This document shows, piece by piece, positions 60,254 to 64,000 of a DNA stretch of 64,000 nucleotides. The notes beneath the pieces were generated by a model, which searched no databases, was not told the DNA's origin, and saw only the letters and a program-made list of their open reading frames with translations. Source of the stretch: Eukaryota sp. GEM-RC1 (Eukaryota); the NCBI GenBank assembly GCA_040285855.1, contig JAUFOQ010000005.1:806001-870000 (forward strand), in the 5' to 3' direction. The position numbers were made by a program, and so were the translations under genes. Numbering within the stretch: the first letter of the stretch is position 1; each line of letters opens with the position of its first letter.

Positions 60254-61108
60254 AGTAGTCCCAAATTCCAAATTAAAGTAAAATAAAGTGGTTTACTTTA
60301 CTTTAAGCTTTACTTTACTTCAGCTAAAGTAACTTTAGGGTCAATAAGGAATGACCTGATCTCAATCCTCTTATCACAACTTTCTCTTTTACACCTACAT
60401 ATTCAGTTTCCGTTTCCCATAACACATTATTTCACTTAATTCGGTACAACGAATACCATTTTGTGAAGGGCCGACATTTATCCAAAACTGAAGAGACATA
60501 ACGAATGGTGTATCGGAGATGAAGTGGTTTCTGTTTTTGAAAAGACAATCTCGAACTATCACATACTGATTAGTGTATTGACGTGCTCTGTCGTTTGATT
60601 AATTTTCTTTCAGAAACACTTTTACATCTTTTTTTGTGTTCCGTTTTTGCTGAGATCCTATGATAGAACATGTTATACTGGTATAAAAGAGTTTTTTACT
60701 GTGGTCAGAAAGAAAAATGAACAAGGGTGATCACTGTTTATCTTTGAGGTCCCAATACACACAATTTTAAAAACTATCCAAGCTTACCCTTTTACTTTGC
60801 TTATATATGGGGTCCTTTAAATACCTCTTAACTCAACAACTAATAATCACAAGTGTCCTAACACTGAATTTAGCCAAGGCTGTGTGGTAAAGTGTCAATT
60901 TAGACGAGCTCTAGTGGATTTTGATTGAAGATATTGTGGATTTTGGTGTTGTCCCGAAGAGATTTGTCTAGGTGTCTATCTCATGCTTAAGTACATTGCA
61001 CCGATCAAACATCGATCAAAGTGTACTTCTGTTACTGTGTTTAGTCTAAGAGAAAGCCTTTCTCAGAATGGTCTATTGTCAACAATCCTTAATTGAAGCT
61101 TTGAAATC

Positions 61109-61567
61109 TGTCATGACGTCATGACACTCCATGAAATGACAATCATGACAAGCAACCACTATTTCCAATGTTTATTGATAGTTATTCACCAATAGTCTAC
61201 ATGTATAAATAGTTTTTTTCTTCTTCATTTCCCCAATTATTTCAGTTCTTATACCGCTAGTTCTTATACCGCCTCACTGAATAATCGTTTTGCACCAGCA
61301 CGAGTTTGTGGTTTATTTGTTGTGATATAATTACATCATCATCATTTCATATGTCATATACACTAAAGATTTTGCATATAAACAAGGAATATCAGATAAT
61401 GTGAGAATGGAACTGTATTAAAGAAGAGAGGTTGTTTGGAAAATGTCGGACGACAAAAGATTCATTTGTTTCAGGTAAATTCGCAGCAATTAATTACCAT
61501 TAAATGATATGTCATAATACTTCACAAAAAAAACACAATGGCGTCATGGCGTCATGATGTCATGCCC
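61109..61567. repeat. MITE-like segment bounded by inverted catgac/gtcatg arrays
   Basis: gtcatgacgtcatgacactccat at the left, atggcgtcatggcgtcatgatgtcatg at the right; no TSD identified. Confidence 0.45.
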
Positions 61568-61987
61568 AGGTATGTTTGAGATTCATCGTTCACTAATGGT
61601 CCTATGAAATGTTCTGATGATAATTGTCAAAGCGTCAGCCAGTAAACGACAGTGATGTATTTACTGAAATTGTTCTCAAAGAAGTTGTTGCTTCTACAAC
61701 TTATCATTTCAAATTCAAAGTGTAGTATCACTTGTTATTGACAATCTAAATGATTGGTCTTGGCAATCAACGACAAAGTACATTGCAACTAACTCTAGAA
61801 GAGAGGCTAATACTTATAGATAACACAGATTTGCATGTAATTCATGAATTATAACATCCGAGAAACAAGTTTTAAATAAAAGTAACTTTTAGAATATTGT
61901 AATGGAGAAATCTACAGATAATCTGAATCGAGAACGATACCATCATTACGTTCACAATCTTCACAAAAAGTACATAAACAATCTGTT

Positions 61988-63305
61988 TTAAGATTCATCC
62001 ACGAAGTATTTGGAAACAATAAGAGCATAAGTCTCTTTCATTCTAGAATTTTTAAATTTGTACCTTATTGAAGTTTTACTTGAGAGCCTGAATAATTCAT
62101 TTAGTCCGAAATTCCCAAAGGCGTGATCATCAAAAATAATTAAAAGAAGTGCAAAATTTGTCTGTAAAGACTCGGTAAGGACGCAAACTTCTTCACAAGA
62201 AGATAAACCAATATAAAGAACTTGCAGGGTGGTGTTGATGGAAAGTGCTTGGGAAAACTTCACCAAATCATCAAAATCAAAAGTAATTCCACTCAAATTT
62301 AACGAACAAATATTGGTATTGTGCTCCACTAATTCAATCAAGGGGCAAAAACCATTCCTAAAAAAGGCATCGTTAAGATAATCATCGATGTAATGGGAGT
62401 TGCAATTGGCAATGCTGACGTCACGTATACAGGTATTAAACTGAAAGGATTTGACAATTGAAGGACCGGTAAAAGAGGAGTTCCACTATAATAGCTGAAA
62501 AACAAAATTCATCAAGAATTAAAATTTTCATTGTCAGATGTGCGAATAAATTATCAATGGTCAATGTTTCATATTGCATTTCATCACAGACAATCACTGT
62601 AGACGATAATTCAACAGAACCTGGTTTGAGACGATCAATCAAATCGATAAATGAGTGCAAAGTCTTGAGCATAAGAGTAGAATTAGAAATTGTGATATAT
62701 TTTAAACTACTTGTTTTCAGTGTCTTGAAAACATCAGAAAACTCATTGTCATGAAAAATAGCTTTAAGTGTCAGTCGTTCAATATTTGTTGTTTCAAAAA
62801 GTCGCTGCAAACCAGAAATAAATTCTTCATCAACATCATCAGCACACATCTCGGAGAAATCCAGAGTAAGATCGTAAAGATTTAGTGCGGAGAGAACAGA
62901 GATGAATGAGTCAAAGAAGTCCAGAACTAAATCTAGGTCAACCGTGACATGGGAAAGGTGAAAAAGTGGAAGTATTTGAGATTTGGACTGAACCATGGGA
63001 GTCAAGTCTTGATTGTATTGGATGATGAGATGAGTTGGAATACAGTTGAGATTGAAATGAGCTGCCAATCGTTCGAGGTCATGTTTTGTGTCAAGACATC
63101 TAACGACATGGATTTGAGAGGCAAGAAACACACGGAAGGCATTCTTGGCAATGTTGAAGAAAAGTTGAGATACAAAACCAAAAGATTCAATGAATATATA
63201 ATAGCACAAATGAAGAGGGTTATACGAGGGATGAATATTCCTTAGGAGGTGTAGAGATATACATGAGATGAGAGTCTGGGGAAGTCTAACTGGTTTGCGA
63301 GGCAT
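61988..63305 (-). CDS. Divergent LRR-type protein (frameshift near 62450)
   Basis: Two consecutive ORFs; HNTNICSLNLS and LSINTTLQVLYI RI-like repeats. Confidence 0.65.
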
Positions 63306-63585
63306 TAACTAAAAGTTAACAACAAATCACTGTACAGCAGTTTGTTTTAGGCAATAGAAGATCATTGTGCGTCATGAAGTTTTACTGGATCACTACAGTT
63401 CCAAGAGCAGCAACATTCGGGATGAAGTATAGATTCTGAGAACATTTTCCAAGAACTTGGCCATAACAATATGATAACACCTTCATTATTAAAAAAAGAC
63501 GTGGATCTGTTACGTGGAATTTTGTGAGTCTTGTAAACAAATGTACTAATGTAGTACCTGGAAAGGACATTTAGCACGTTTTAAT

Positions 63586-63695
63586 TAGAGCTGTCAACGG
63601 CTTGAGCCGAATGGTTCGGCTTGTAAAATTCCAAACTGGCTTGGCTTTGGCTTGAGCCATTTGAGTAAGCCGAACCAAAGTGACAAGTCGACTTG
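63586..63695 (-). mobile_element. Solo end of the TAGAGCTGTCAA hAT family
   Basis: Reverse complement of ~43525-43636. Confidence 0.8.
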
Positions 63696-64000
63696 TCAGT
63701 TTAGTTTTACCAATATTAGTTTTAATCTGATTAATTTGATACAGTTAATGCTCCGATAAATGCTAGTAATTGAACAACTTTGTGTAATTTTACTGCTCTT
63801 AAGATACGTGCTTCGTCTTTTGAAAACTCAGTTGTGTATAGTCATTAAGTCTTTGACTAGAAACAGGGGAGTGAAAAAGCAGAATTCCTATTGTCCACTA
63901 CTATGTGTTCAAGTAAAGTCTCATCACAAACACCATGTCGACAAACAATTAAAATAACTGTTCAACAATTGATGGACTATTCTGCTGGTCGATAGATAGA

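Noticed and set aside
43525..63695. 20-kb composite transposon bounded by the inverted 110-bp repeats
   Set aside because: The TIRs point the wrong way: both are the same end, with element interiors facing away from the enclosed DNA.
1..64000. tRNA, rRNA or snRNA genes; short antisense ORFs in the ORF track
   Set aside because: No recognisable RNA gene signatures by eye (a covariance search could still find some); the short ORFs overlapping real genes are shadow frames.

Overview
AT-rich, compact eukaryotic (protist-like) DNA in the standard genetic code, with 28-30 nt spliceosomal introns and many transposon relics. Bacteria-like genes (SfsA, flavodoxin, an ACT-like protein of the FeFe-hydrogenase regulator type) hint at an anaerobic microbial eukaryote such as a metamonad; this is inference only. 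Host genes include DPM3, three Arf-family GTPases, two LRR proteins, an IQ-repeat protein, an ADP-ribosyltransferase, BTB-SPRY, a CPBP-like membrane protein, two tandem MFS transporters, two TMC-like channels, a CaMK-like kinase and WDR75/UTP17. Several carry single-base frameshifts that look like assembly errors. The main find is two decayed, complementarily deleted copies (~5.6-10.3 kb and ~16.5-19.1 kb) of one apparent element: 2A-like (StopGo) peptide > Upf1-like SF1 helicase > Fanzor1 (eukaryotic TnpB). Both copies have Asn at the RuvC-III catalytic Asp position. Copy 1 is split by an intact 2.1 kb MULE with a 9-bp TSD. A four-level nest of hAT elements and a CRE-like retrotransposon lies at 45.6-50.1 kb.
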